Part shown: positions 12,566 to 25,150 of the stretch, piece by piece
How positions within the stretch are numbered: the stretch's first letter is position 1
Layout: each line of letters starts with the position of its first letter
Source: Octopus bimaculoides
Taxonomy: Eukaryota
Length of the DNA stretch: 64,000 bases
Assembly: GCF_001194135.2 (NCBI RefSeq)
Contig: NC_068985.1
Location: 19,678,341 to 19,742,340, forward strand
Direction of reading: 5' to 3'
Position numbers and translations under genes: made by a program
The notes under the pieces: model-generated
What the model saw: the letters and a program-made list of their open reading frames with translations, nothing else
Told to the model about the DNA's origin: nothing
Databases searched by the model: none

Positions 12566-13560
12566 AATGATAGTTCTATAGAGAAGCAACGTACCGTCAT
12601 GAAGTTCTTGATGAATGAACGAACGGTGCAGGATGTTCGAAATTCACTGACATCATTGACAAGAGCATCGTGCACTGATGGATGAAGATGCTTGAAGCGG
12701 GGTAAACCAGCTTTGTATTAGCCACACAGCAGGAAACCATCATCTGCAACCATTGACACGTATCACCAGCGAGTGGACGAATTGATTAACGAAGACAGAC
12801 GCGTTACAACCCGTGAGCTTGCTGCACAACTGAACCACGGTCAAAATGCATTACTGATGGTCAAAGACTTCAGGGTATTGACAAGTGTGTACAAAGTGAG
12901 TATCTAGGCAGTTAATCTCCGATTTGAGGGAGAGAAGAGTGAAAGTCTGCTTCGATTTGTTGGAAACATTTGAAGCCAACGAAGACTTGTATTTTCCTAA
13001 TGTAATGACCGGGGATAAAACGTTGCTGTATCTTTATAATCCGGAAACGAAAGATCATTCGACAAGATGGCGTCACACTTCTTTGCCAAGGCTTAAGAAA
13101 TTCTGAAACCAATGATTGGCACAGACAAAGTGACAGCTTGGGAACTGACAATGGTGTCATACACCTTGGTTTTCGGGAATGTGACTGTACCATGAGACAC
13201 CCACCAAAATCTTCGAGAAGTCATTAGGAGGAAGAGACCGAACAAGATTCTGAAAACGATTCACATTCACCACAAGAATGCGTGACCACTCACATTTTTG
13301 GCAATAAATTAGGCAGTCAGCAAATCGGATTGATCAGTGATACACCATCTACCGTAGACCCGGGATCTGATGCCCTCCGATTTCGATCCATTGAAGGACA
13401 GTATTAGGGGCCAACGATTTCATAACAAAGACAAAGTAATAATGGCTGTGAAGAAGTGAATACAACAGTGCGCACCTGAATTTTTTCCAAGAGGATTCGA
13501 AAGCTGAGTTCAATGATGATGATGCAAATGCATCGTTTGCGAAGGAAACTATGTTGAGTA
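12566..13560 (+). mobile_element. mariner (DD34D) transposase remnant
   Basis: EKQRTVMKFL; DELINEDRRVTTRELAAQL; VMTGDKTLLYLYNPETK (TGDE-W motif); REVIRRKRP; degenerate YSPDLAPSDF-like segment near 13350-13385. Many stops. Confidence 0.85.
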
Positions 13561-13928
13561 GTAAGTTTCTTTTGAGAAAGAGTTACTCAATTAATATACG
13601 CAATTTGAAGCAGTTTTAAGTGATTAACTGCATACAATGTAAGTCTATGGCAGGAGATTGTCTTTGGAATAATTAAGTGTGTGGACTAAAGTTACGTGGG
13701 ATGATGATATATTGGTACGATGTTACGCTGTGTGCTGTCCCATAATAAAACCAACTCCAACGCTGTTTAAATGACATTTATTTTTACAGATGTATATCAA
13801 ATTTTTTGCATAATTGCATAATTGATTGGCAGTAACGTATCGTGTCAGAAGTAGAGAGTAGTTCGTAGTTACATTAATAACAGAAATGAATGGCTTCGCG
13901 TGAGAGACGGGGAAAATATTCTATTCTT

Positions 13929-14228
13929 TGTAGTCAACGATTCCTGTAACCTAAGACTGAGCAGCAACCAAGGAACTTTGTCTTAAGAACTTGTTGTTTG
14001 TGTCCGTGTGCATAGTGTCCCTCGGCCATCATTGTGTCTCTTTCTCGCTGTGCTTGCCTTTGTTTTTGCTTGTATAACACCTTTTTATGCGGGAACTCTG
14101 GAACATGATAGAACATTCTATAATATGGGGTGATATTTCTGCAAGCTGATTGGTCACGTCACCCGATTTAAGTGTGGTCTGATCCGAGTTACTAAAACTG
14201 TAAAGTTTCGATTCTGCGCCTTGCCACA
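13929..14228 (-). mobile_element. Solo-LTR-like element (~300 nt)
   Basis: On - it begins TGTGG and ends ACTACA, with a TGACGTGACCAATCAG (CRE/CCAAT) box and a CATAAAAAG TATA-like box. No TSD seen. Confidence 0.45.
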
Positions 14229-14329
14229 AGTGCTGCCACCTCTGAAAAGTATGGATTTTCCATTAGAATATAGTTTCGTTGGTTCATTCTTCTTTGACTT
14301 CAAGATCCTATTCGTCCCTTTAAATTATT

Positions 14330-14560
14330 TTTGGCCACTGTAAAGACGACAAATTGACACAATTGTTAGCATGCCGGACAAATTGCTTAGTGGCATATCT
14401 TCCAGTTTTACTCTACGAGTTCAAATGCTTCCGAGATCGACTTTGTCTTTCATCCATTCACAGTCATTAAAATAAGTACTGGTGGAGTACTGTGACTCGA
14501 TGTAATTGACTTACTCCCATAAAATTTCTGGCCTTGTGCCAAAACTTGAAACCATTATTA
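14330..14560 (+). mobile_element. SINE family A copy
   Basis: GAGTTCAAATG B-box, CTTTCATCCATTC core, GGCCTTGTGCCAAAACTTGAAACCATTATTA tail. Confidence 0.75.
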
Positions 14561-15004
14561 GTGGTAGTATCTTCTCATGCTTGAGATGAACTTTTGTTTA
14601 CAGAATTTGCACTCAAACTATGGAAATGGGTCTGTGCACAAGAAGTAATTTATCAAACCCTTTTCTTCCAGCGGCATTTAATTCAATTAACTATACAGGT
14701 TGACCTGTAGAGTTGTTGCATTAGATGCTTCATTATTAATTATAAAATTTCAGTGTATTCAAATTTCAGCAATTTACATGAGAAAACATGGAATATCTAT
14801 CCGGACAATTTCCAACGACCTGAGAAGGGCAATTTACTGAGTCACCAAATTCAGTAATTGGAACTATTCACTGTTGAGATTATTTACATTATTTACATTA
14901 CCTTTCTAAGTCAATAATTCATTCATTTAATTTTCGCCCTTGATCAGAATAGAATTCGTTTCCACAAGTTTTGAGAAGAATGTCAATAAGTCTTTTCTTG
15001 CGTT

Positions 15005-15400
15005 TATCATCATCATCATCGTCATTTTAACGTTCGCTTTTCATGTTTGCACGGGTCGAGCGGAATTTTATTGAAACTGACTTTCTAAGGCGGGATGTCA
15101 TTCCTTTCGCCAACCCTCTCCTGTTTCAAAGAAGGTAAAATTCCCTCATGACAAAATATGTTTTTCACAAGAGATTGCAAAGAACACAGCTTGCGTGACA
15201 GTGTCACTCATTTACAACTATCGCGTGAAGTCAAGGCAAAGAGACAACATAAACACACACGCGCGTATGTATGAGTATATATTTGTGTGTGCGTACATAT
15301 ACATATGTATACGCGCGCGCGCGACGGGTTTCTTTTTGTTTTCGTCTGCCAAATCCACTCACAAGGCTTTAGTTGGCCCCGGGATTATAGTAGAAGACCC
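15005..15400 (-). mobile_element. Composite SINE: family-B head/body with RTE-like (GAT)n tail
   Basis: Body CCAAATCCACTCACAAGGCTTT shared with family B, and the RTE-type terminus ATCATCATC(G)T..TTAACGTTCGCTTT. Homologous to 28255-28640. Confidence 0.65.
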
Positions 15401-15622
15401 GGATCTTGTTCAAAACGGGGGCACCAGTTTTCATTAATGTTTTATGTAGTGTTTTTGGTACCGAAAGACTTTCAAACTTCGTATACTTATCTATTTTGTG
15501 TTATAGAACAGAAACAAAAATTTGTATTCGGATTTATTTCATGTCACTTTAAGTGGTGTAAAGCGTATTTAATTTCCATTACTTCTGACATTTTGCAGAG
15601 GCAACACACGTGTGTTCGTTTT

Positions 15623-15640
15623 CCCTAACCCTAACCCTAA
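15623..15640. repeat. (CCCTAA)3 short interstitial telomere-type repeat
   Basis: Seen directly. Confidence 0.8.
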
Positions 15641-16089
15641 TTGACTTGCTCCTTCCCTCAAAAACCATGCCTTGTGCCTATAATAGAAAGGTTTATTAGC
15701 TACTGCCAATATGCTTCAGCCATTTTTTGACAAGGAAATAATAATTTTATCACCGCCGAGATTCGTTTGTTTACGTAGTCAGCACTTAATTTTTACGTCA
15801 GTCATTGGTTGAAATTACAGAAATACAATTTTAACATGAAATAACTTGCGATGTACGTTTTTTTGTTAAGAAGACTAGGAGAAAAAGATGTTTTATATGA
15901 CACATTCTACCAGTGTCCCAAGTTTCAAAGTGTTTCGTTAAGAAAATACTGGTGCCCCTGTTTTGAGCAAGATCCGAAGACCCTTTCTCAAGATACCACA
16001 CGGTGGAACTGAACTCGAAACCATGTGATTAGGAAGCAAACTTCTTACCACACAGCCACGCCTAAGTTTGTGTTATCCTTAAAAAAAAA

Positions 16090-16500
16090 TTCAAAGGACT
16101 TACAGAGATGGTATTCTGAAAAGAGATTAAAAGCCTAACAATGTCTGACCTCGGGCATTTACATGTTCCATACTAGCGATATATTTCACATACCACGGTT
16201 TCACTGTAAAAACTCTATATGGCTACAATATAATCCCTTTTCATCTTTAGCACAATAACATTTGTCTCAGTATTTTGTGGTGTTGGAATATTCCATTCTA
16301 GTGACATTTCATGACATTCTTATAGCTATGATTTTCAGACATAATTAATATATCGGTGAGATATGGATCCTGCCAGAATGACTCATTACAACACACAAGA
16401 TGAAGACAAAACCTTCACTGGGGACTCATAATAGGATGGCCTAACAACATGATGTAAATGTAATAGTCTGGTTGATATTTATGTATGGATTATAAATACC
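16090..16500 (+). mobile_element. Highly degraded CR1-like LINE fragment
   Basis: AAACTCTATATGGCTACAATA (KLYMATI) matches the CR1 copy at ~63110; followed by a Y-CGVVW-like segment. Confidence 0.4.
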
Positions 16501-16610
16501 ACAGAACTGTCATAGTCTTCTTTTATATTTTAGACCAAAATATTGTGTCATTTTCAATATTCATATGCATCATCATATTTTTTTTTTTTTATTGCAATTT
16601 TATTTAAACT

Positions 16611-16720
16611 GGCATTCCGTCGGTTACGACGACGAGGGGACCAGTTGATCGGATCAACGGAACAGTCTGCTCGTGAAATTAATATACAAGAGGCTAAGCA
16701 CTCCAAAGACATGCGTACCT
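16611..16720 (-). mobile_element. 3' tail of a SINE related to family C
   Basis: Reverse complement of the GTTGATCGGATCAAC...CTCGTCGTCGTAACCGAC..TGCCA tail seen at 17730-17790. Confidence 0.7.
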
Positions 16721-17009
16721 TTCTCCCGCTGGCAATATAAACAAGAGTGCATTTTGCACCAAAAGGCCAATATGCAACTGCAATATAGTTCGTTCTAAAA
16801 GAACATCCGCGTTTAAGTGGCCATAAATACTATCTCTCGGTATTAATACTGGCTCTGTCATTAATATATATGGGAAGCAGGCTTCTTACCACACAGCCAT
16901 GCCCAGTGTTCTTTCTCATCATATTACAAGAGTGTATAGAACCTACTGGGTTCTGTAATCTGTCAAGTCATTGAATCATTAAATTTACCTTTCAGTAAAA
17001 TCAGCCATA

Positions 17010-17450
17010 TTGAGCTAATATCCTTTTCTACTCTGGGCACAACGCCCGAAATTTTTAGGGAAGCGGCCAGTCAATTACATTGACTCCAGTACGCAACTGG
17101 TACTTAATTTATCGACCCCAAAAGGATGAAAGGCAAAGACGACCTCAGTGGAATTTGAACTCAGAACATAAAGACAGACGAAATACCTCTAAGCATTTCG
17201 TCTGGCGTGCTGATGTTTCTTATTTCTTTACTGCCCACAAGGGGCTACACACAGAGGGGACAAACAAGGACAGACAAACGGATTAAGTCGATTATATCGA
17301 CCCTAGTGCGTAACTGGTACTTATTTAATCGACCCCGAAAGGATGAAAGGCAAAGTCGATCTCGGTGGAATTTGAACTCAGAATGTAGTGGCAGCCGAAA
17401 TACTGTTAAGCATTTCGCCTGGTGTGCTAACGTTTCTGCCAGCTCGCCAC
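17010..17450 (-). mobile_element. Two tandem SINE family A copies
   Basis: Repeated TTTATCGACCCC(A/G)AAAGGATGAAAGGCAAAG..GAATTTGAACTCAGAA blocks; ends GCCAGCTCGCCACC. Confidence 0.85.
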
Positions 17451-17478
17451 CTTTATATCAGTACCAAGCTTATTGATT

Positions 17479-17790
17479 GCTGCATCATTATCGTGAAGGC
17501 GCGTGGCTTAGTGGTTTGGGGTATTCGGCACATGATCGTAAGGTCGAGAGTTCGAAAACCGGCGGCACGCTGTGTCCTTGAGCAAAACATTATTTCACAT
17601 TTGCTCCAGTCTCCTCCACTGGTAAAAATGAGTAGTACCTGTACTTCAAAGGGCCAGCCTTGTCACTCTATGTCACGCTGAATCTCTGAGAGAACTGCAT
17701 TAAGGGTACGCATGTTAATTTCACGAGCAGGCTGTTCCATTGATCGGATCAACTGGAACCCTTGTCATCGTAACCGACAAAGTGCCAGTA
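17479..17790 (+). mobile_element. tRNA-derived SINE family C (full length)
   Basis: A-box GGCTTAGTGG, B-box GAGTTCGAAAACC, central GTGTCCTTGAGCAAAAC domain, palindromic tail TTGATCGGATCAA. Confidence 0.8.
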
Positions 17791-19124
17791 AGTTATCGTT
17801 GAACATTATTGCTATTTTTGATTTTCCACTGTAGTTGTCTATCAATAACGGAAATCACATTTCATAGTGACAAGCTCCTCTCTTGCACCATATATATTCA
17901 GCCCTTCCCGAGTCGGAAGCTTCCTCTTTCATTATAATTACCTGGTGCTATTCTATTCTGATTTAAAAGTCCTCCCAATTTTCACATTTTCATAAAGATG
18001 AGGTCAATGATCTTGACTTATAATCTTAAAAAAACAATTTAGCTCATTTTTCATTTGATGATGATGATGCTTATAATAGTGATTTACTTTGAAACAGTGC
18101 TATATGTAGGTATCATCTACTTTGTACCAAATAGTTGAGAGCAATAGACCAGTTCAAATCAAGACATGACCTTCATACCAATCTCAAGGCCATTCTTCAA
18201 CTAAGAAGCAAAATTTGGCTTACAATGAAAGCTCACCTCATGCAATACAGTCATTGCCTCACACATAAAATGAAGTAAAAAGAGAAAACAAAATTTTAAA
18301 ATGTTAACATAAGGCGCAGGTATGGCTGCCCAGTTAAAGGTTCCATCTCATTGCATGATATCACGGGCAAGTGTATTTGGTTGGCAGAAGCTGTGAAAGA
18401 TTATGTATATATATGTGTGTTTGTGTTTATCCTCCCACCACCACTTGACAACCAATGTTGGTTTGTTTACATCCTTGTAAGTTAGCGATTTGGCAAAAGA
18501 ACTGATAGAATAAGGACCAGACTTTAAACATAAGTATTGGGGTTGATTTGGTCAACTTGAATTCTTTAAGACTGCAGTCCAATGAATGAAACAAATAAAC
18601 GATATGTAGAATACATCTTTGAAGGTTGAAAAGTTTCAAGTGATTTCACACCAGTAAATGATAGTTATACTCCAATTTTAAGCAGCAATATTTCTCATAA
18701 CAGTAAGCTTCACAGAATAAAAAAATAATGGAAGTGTTTTACTTGTTCACAATTCTTCAAAGGTTTGGATGAATAACTGGCACATATTTCTATAAAAGTT
18801 GATGACTCCTTTGCAGTAGAGACTGAATGGTTGTGCTGAAAATTTAAGCTTGCATTCAATTTGTTGGTAATTCTAAATGTCGTGTTAATGTAAAACATAT
18901 TCATAATTTCTTTAGGGCTTAGTTGGAGAAGAAAAGGCAACAGGCACAACATTTTGTAGTGACTTCAAGATTGGTGTGGGAAAAGAGAAGAAAACACAAC
19001 TGATGGGGCACTGCATTATGAAATAGGGCTTTAAGATATGAACCTTTCGTCAGAGTGGAGATCTGGTCTAAATGCATCTAGCAGAATGGGCTAAAGTCAT
19101 CCAATAGCCTAATAGTGATGGATT

Positions 19125-20161
19125 AAGTCTTTGTTCTGTCATGGGCCCTAGGACTCATGACAGAGCTTAACCCAATTTCCAAGGCATGTGGCGTGCAAGA
19201 GAGACGATTGCGCTGGTATGGACATGTGGTGAGAATGGAGGAGGATAGCTGCGTGAAAAAGTGCCACACCCTAACAGTTGAGGGAACCCGTGGAAGAGGT
19301 AGGCCCAGGAAGACCTGGGCTGAGGTGGTGAGGCAAGACCTTCGTACATTGGGCCTCACCGAGGCGATGACTACGGACCGAGACCTTTGGAAATGGGCTG
19401 TGCGTGAGAAGACCCGGCAAGCCAAGTAAGATCGTTGCCAGTGCCCCTGGACTGGTTCTTGNNNNNNNNNNNNNNNNNNNNNNNNNNNNNNNNNNNNNNN
19501 NNNNNNNNNNNNNNNNNNNNNNNNNNNNNNNNNNNNNNNNNNNNNNNNNNNNNNNNNNNNNNNNNNNNNNNNNNNNNNNNNNNNNNNNNNNNNNNNNNNN
19601 NNNNNNNNNNNNNNNNNNNNNNNNNNNNNNNNNNNNNNNNNNNNNNNNNNNNNNNNNNNNNNNNNNNNNNNNNNNNNNNNNNNNNNNNNNNNNNNNNNNN
19701 NNNNNNNNNNNNNNNNNNNNNNNNNNNNNNNNNNNNNNNNNNNNNNNNNNNNNNNNNNNNNNNNNNNNNNNNNNNNNNNNNNNNNNNNNNNNNNNNNNNN
19801 NNNNNNNNNNNNNNNNNNNNNNNNNNNNNNNNNNNNNNNNNNNNNNNNNNNNNNNNNNNNNNNNNNNNNNNNNNNNNNNNNNNNNNNNNNNNNNNNNNNN
19901 NNNNNNNNNNNNNNNNNNNNNNNNNNNNNNNNNATAAAAGACACCATTTCGAGCGTGGCCGTTTTCGTGCGGGTGACACGTAAAAGCACCCACTACACTC
20001 TCTGAGTGGTTGGCGTTAGGAAGGGCATCCAGCTGTAGAAACTCTGCCAAATCAGACTGGAGCCTGGTGTTGCCATCCGGTTTCACCAGTCCTCAGTCAA
20101 ATCGTCCAACCCATGCTAGCATGGAAAGCGGACGTTAAACGATGATGATGATGATGATGAT
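19125..20161 (+). mobile_element. RTE-clade LINE 3' part: RT C-terminus, 3' UTR (partly in gap) and (GAT)n tail
   Basis: ORF 19157-19429 RRLRWYGHVVRMEEDSCVKKCHTLTVEGTRGRGRPRKTW is a diagnostic RTE C-terminus. 3' end GGAAGGGCATCCAGCTG...GGACGTTAAACGATGATGAT. Confidence 0.92.
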
Positions 20162-20918
20162 AAATGACTGATATTTCAACATCTACCCATTGTATGGGAT
20201 GCTGGTCTGTTGCAGGGTTAACTTCCAGCTATTGCTGGAACTTTTTTACAACTGAGTAGACTAGAGCAATGTGAAATGGAATGTTTTGCTCAAGAACACA
20301 ATGCACTGCTCAGTCCAAGAATTGAAACCACGATCATAAGTGCAACACCCTAACTGCTCAGCTAAGTGCCTCCATGAGGCATTAATCCTAACACCCAAGA
20401 ATAAATAACATTCCATCTGAAGTTTCCATCTACAATATTTCACTCATAAAGTTTCGATTGATCTGAAAATATTACAGAAGAGATTTGCTCAAAGTTCCAG
20501 GTGTTTAAATTAAACCTGGTACCAAGTGATATTGAAGTGAATTTCTTAACTGAATGGCCTTTCCCAGCCCAACTTGCCCCTAAACAATACATTCTATTCT
20601 TTATATATTTCAAAATAACCTCATAAATTCAGCCATTTAATCAAGAGATTATTACTATACTAGCTGACTATGTACCATCAATGACAGCTAATTGTAGCAT
20701 TTTATATACAAATAAGGTACATAATCATCACATATACATATTTCCCTTGCACATGCACACACACACATATACTCAGAGTTGAAACGCTGACTTTTTTCAT
20801 CCTTCTTCCTTATTTATCTATTACCCCTTCCTTTCTCTCACTACTTCTCCTTCACTGAATTACTATTTTCTCTCCTCCTCTACATCCAGTGTGATTCTGG
20901 ACAAATATATATATATAT

Positions 20919-21118
20919 CATCGTTTAACATCCGCTTTCCATGCCAGCATAGGTTGGACGATTTGACTGAGGACTGGCAAGCCAGAAGGCTGCACCAGGC
21001 TCCAATCTGATCTGGCAGAGTTTCTACAGTTGGATGCCCTTCCTAACGCCAACCACTCCGAGAGTGTAGTGGGTGCTTTTATGTGCCACCGGCATGAGGG
21101 CCAGTCACACAGTACTGG
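20919..21118 (-). mobile_element. RTE LINE 3' end copy
   Basis: Reverse complement of 19990-20160. Confidence 0.88.
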
Positions 21119-21529
21119 CAGAAATATATAAAAACACTATGCTCATTATTATATTAGGAGATTTAACAAATCCTTGGAATAGATTTGTTCTACCATTTTA
21201 CTGATTTTAGTCACTTAGTCCCCATTGGTTCACCATACACATCTGTTAACTGGTACCACAGACAGGTGATATTAACTACAAGAGATATCCTATCCACTAA
21301 GTTGTTGCCAATCCACTATTGGACAAAATTTTAACTTGCTGCCTTACTTTATCCTGGTTTTAGAGGCCTTCTTGACCATACTGACTAATTTTGATTTGGA
21401 TAGGGTGCTTTAGTGGTTGGGTAAACAGCACCTAGGTAGAATTTGCACTAATAATATAAAGAATGAAAGATATAGCAAGCTGTCTCATTAGATGCTCTAA
21501 TAATCACAATCACTCACTGATCAGGACAG

Positions 21530-22070
21530 GTACTCTCTTTTTCTCTTTTACTTGTTTCAGNNNNNNNNNNNNNNNNNNNNNNNNNNNNNNNNNNNNNNNN
21601 NNNNNNNNNNNNNNNNNNNNNNNNNNNNNNNNNNNNNNNNNNNNNNNNNNNNNNNNNNNNNNNNNNNNNNNNNNNNNNNNNNNNNNNNNNNNNNNNNNNN
21701 NNNNNNNNNNNNNNNNNNNNNNNNNNNNNNNNNNNNNNNNNNNNNNNNNNNNNNNNNNNNNNNNNNNNNNNNGTAAGCCTAGTACTTAGTTTATCGGTCT
21801 CTTTTTGCTGAACCGCTAAGTTACGGGGACGTAAACACACCAGCATCGGTTGTCAAGCGATGGTGGGGGGACAAACACACATACATATATATATATATAT
21901 ACATATATACGACGGGCTTCTTTCAGTTTTCTGTCTACCAAATCCACTCACAAGGCTTTGGTCGGACCGAGGCTATAGTAGAAGACACTTGCCCAAGGTG
22001 CCACGCAGTGGGACTGAACCTGGAACCATGTGGTTGGTAAGCAAGCTACTTACCACACAGCCACTCCTGA
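21530..22070 (-). mobile_element. tRNA-derived SINE family B (spans a gap)
   Basis: On -: GGCTGTGTGGTAAGTAGCTTGCTTACCAACCACATGGTTCCAGGTTCAGTCCCACTGCG head, (TA)n spacer, TTGTCCCCCCACCATCGCTTGACAACCG tail. Confidence 0.88.
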
Positions 22071-23248
22071 GTACTATATATATATCAACACTGAAAGGAA
22101 GACAGGCAGAAGTGACTCAACCAGAATTTGAACTCAAAGTACAGAAAGAAGGAAAGAATACTACAAGGCATTCTAACTGCTCTAACAAAAGAGACATGAT
22201 TACCATTTAATTGAAATGTAGAACACCAGCCATAGACAGAACCTTCAAAAAACTAAGATTACTAAGATATCTCCCAACTGCTTTGGAATAAGCACCACCA
22301 CAATGCAAAAGGCAGTAAACTGCACATTGGTTATTTTAATCATGGATCAATACCAATGCACTAATAATCCTATACACAAAGTGAAGCGACCAACTGTTGT
22401 AGTTTCTGTTCACTATGCTACTTGGGTTTTGGTGTACCAAAACTAAGATCTTGATCCTGTATAAATTTCTGATATAATTTGCATCTACTCCTGTAGGTAT
22501 GTGTAAATGTATATGGTTAGTATATTTGTATATAACCCAGTTGTAATGTATAAATATCAAATATCAATTTCTTTATATAGCACAGTTTTGATCAACAGAC
22601 CTTTGGGGTTGGGCCTAGTACACGTCTACTGTTCTATTCTGCTCAATGAGTGATTAAACAAATGTATAATGCATTATTTCTTATACTGTTTGTTCTGGGT
22701 TACATTACTTCTGTCACATCATCCATCATATGTTATATATTTCTATGCATTGGACTGTTGCAAATGTATGAAATGTAGTAACTATACAATACATGCTGCA
22801 GCATTGGTGTGTTAATTTACTTACCAAAAGATATTTTACTCTACTGATACTCAAAGAGTCACATTTGATAAATAACATGCATAGATATATGCATTGCAAA
22901 TTTTTCATTTGTCATTTTCTGATCAACTAGACACAAATCAATTCTATAAATGTTTCCCAATGCAGCATAGCGATTGAGCTTGCTAGTATTATGCTATTTC
23001 AGTTGTTTAACAACTTGGTCATAATATGTATAACAAAACTTAAACTTTTAAGAAACAAATATTACTAGCTAACAAATATTGGATAATTCTCAACCACAAG
23101 CTTAAGAATTCAGTGTTTTAAAATAATTTGAAGAATAAATATACAAAAACTATTACCTGAGCATTAATAATAAGCAAAAAATACAAATGTAATAAAATAA
23201 AAAAATTTATTTTTAGAAATGAATTGAAGCTAGAATAGAAAATAATTG

Positions 23249-23902
23249 CTATGATTTAGAAAAATTTTTTTGCATAATTTCCCTGTAAAAAGTAAAGATC
23301 TCATCTGAAGCTGCTCTGCAGGCTACCAAAGCTGAGTTGAATTTTGTTTTATCAAATAATCCAGATGTATGTATAGCAAGAATGCTTTTAGAGACACTGT
23401 CAAATACAAACATCATTGATATTGGTGCAGAGCTTTCTTCTTTTATTGTTGGGTCCAAAATAAGTTGGTCATTCTCTGTGAAGACACAAGATACAGCTGC
23501 CATCATGAAGTTCATATTAATACTCGCATCTAATAATGAGAGACAAACAACATTTATTGCACAAGCTAATAGGGACCCTGAATTCTGAAGTTCTTGAATA
23601 GTTATACTAATAGAAGAACGTGGATGTAAACAGGCCAAGATTGCTGTCTCACAGGTGCTGCATATTAAATTCTCCTTTAATTTTTCTGCACAATTAGCCA
23701 TACCTGATTTAGGTTTATATACAATTTCTACTGTAGCTTGGTTGATTTGTTCTTTAACAATTTTCACTTCAGCTGGGCCATATACTGAGGCCATCATTGA
23801 AGTATCACCACAACTAAGACTGGCTGAACCATCTGGTCTTGACAAAAGACTCAGTTCACAAGACATCTTCCGTAACTGCTGTTTTTTTATTTCTCCATTC
23901 AT
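23249..23902 (-). CDS. EXOSC5: Exosome complex component RRP46 (RNase PH-like core subunit), 217 aa, CDS without introns
   Basis: ORF contains LSLLSRPDGSASLSCGDTSMMASVYGPAEVK and PRSSISITIQELQNSGSLLACAINVVCLSLLDAS, characteristic of Rrp46. A splice acceptor (tttttatttttctag|G, 23912|23911 on -) lies 9 nt upstream of the ATG. AATAAA on - at 23206-23211. Confidence 0.93.
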   Translation of the reverse strand: MNGEIKKQQLRKMSCELSLLSRPDGSASLSCGDTSMMASVYGPAEVKIVKEQINQATVEIVYKPKSGMANCAEKLKENLICSTCETAILACLHPRSSISITIQELQNSGSLLACAINVVCLSLLDASINMNFMMAAVSCVFTENDQLILDPTIKEESSAPISMMFVFDSVSKSILAIHTSGLFDKTKFNSALVACRAASDEIFTFYREIMQKNFSKS

Positions 23903-24024
23903 TATGAAATCCTAGAAAAATAAAAAGTGAATTGATATTAAACTATATAAAGATATTTTAGTAACAAAATAACTGAAGTAGTTAAATTTTTAAACAGCAA
24001 ACTCAATTAATGTAGGGAATTGCA

Positions 24025-24510
24025 CAAGTAGTTTTGTGGTTAAGAAGCTCACTTTGCAACCACATAGTTTTGGGTTCAGTTACACTGCACAGCCAGGGTT
24101 AGGTAGATGACACTGGGCAGGTGCCTTCTAGTATAACCTTGGGCCAACCAATGTCTTGTGAGTAAAGTTAGCAGATGGAAACTGTGGAATTTTGCATATT
24201 TATATCTATATATGTGTGTGTCTGCCCAACTGCTTGATAACTGACGTTGGTTGCTTTATGTCCCAGATAATTCTATCAGTCTCTTTTGCCAAAACCATTG
24301 AGTTACAGGGACATAAAGCAACCAACACCAGTTGCCAAGTGGTTGGACAAACACACACATACATATATAGATATATACAACAGGGTTCTACACAGTTTCT
24401 GTCTGCTGAATTCACTCACGGGGCATAAAAATAAATACTTGGGTCATTCTGTTCAACTAAAACTCTTCAAGGCAGTGCCCCAGTATGGCCACAGTCTAAT
24501 GCAGAAATAA
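24025..24510 (+). mobile_element. SINE family B copy or copies, rearranged
   Basis: GTGGTTAAGAAGCTCACTTTGCAACCAC head and AAGGCAGTGCCCCAGTATGGCCACAGTC tail; an inverted internal piece at ~24300-24420. Confidence 0.7.
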
Positions 24511-24989
24511 GCAAAATCTTGAGGAAAATTAATATAAAAATGCAGACTAGTAAATTTATGTTTCCACACAAATTTATCTTTCATATATTTTTCATCTACA
24601 CGACACGAATATCACATCTTGTCCTTCCTGTTCCCTTGGAAACAAAACCAACAAAGTGCAAATGGAACATAACCCTGATTCAATTGGCTAATCTAGTGCA
24701 AACTTTTATATGTAAAAAAATATCAAGATATCAACTGTTATTTTCTCCTGTTTTAAGTGGACCTGCTGTTACTTCAGAAGCACAAGGACATTACAATTTC
24801 TCAGAGAACCTGTACCAATGACCAAATTAAAATGCTATATCTTGCAGTCATTAACTATGACACAGGGTATGTAAATACTCATTGTAATTGTATAAAAGGC
24901 TCAGTAGAAGCATCATTTAAATGTGGCATAGAAAATGCATTCAGCAGTAATTTTAAATGAATATGAGTATACTTGGGTGGGATTAAGCC

Positions 24990-25150
24990 AGTATTGGCTC
25001 AGGTTGGGCACCATAGCCCATTCTTCGGCCAAGGACAGTTTGAATGTTATGAGGAATTTCTCTTCCCTTTATGAGTCTGGGTATAATGCTAAAAAGAGCA
25101 GGGCCAGGTGAGGTGAAATAATTCTGTCTTAGTGTTTTAAGGCGCATGCT
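24990..25150 (-). mobile_element. LINE ORF2 C-terminal remnant (CR1/L2-like)
   Basis: RLKTLRQNYFTSPGPALFSIIPRLIK resembles the R..TLR.NSF...GP.LFN.LP..IR terminal motif of CR1/L2-group ORF2. Confidence 0.55.

Noticed and set aside
17479-17560. tRNA genes (also at 35485, 43740, 56604 and 63925)
   Set aside because: A and B boxes are present but there is no closed cloverleaf, and each continues into a SINE body.
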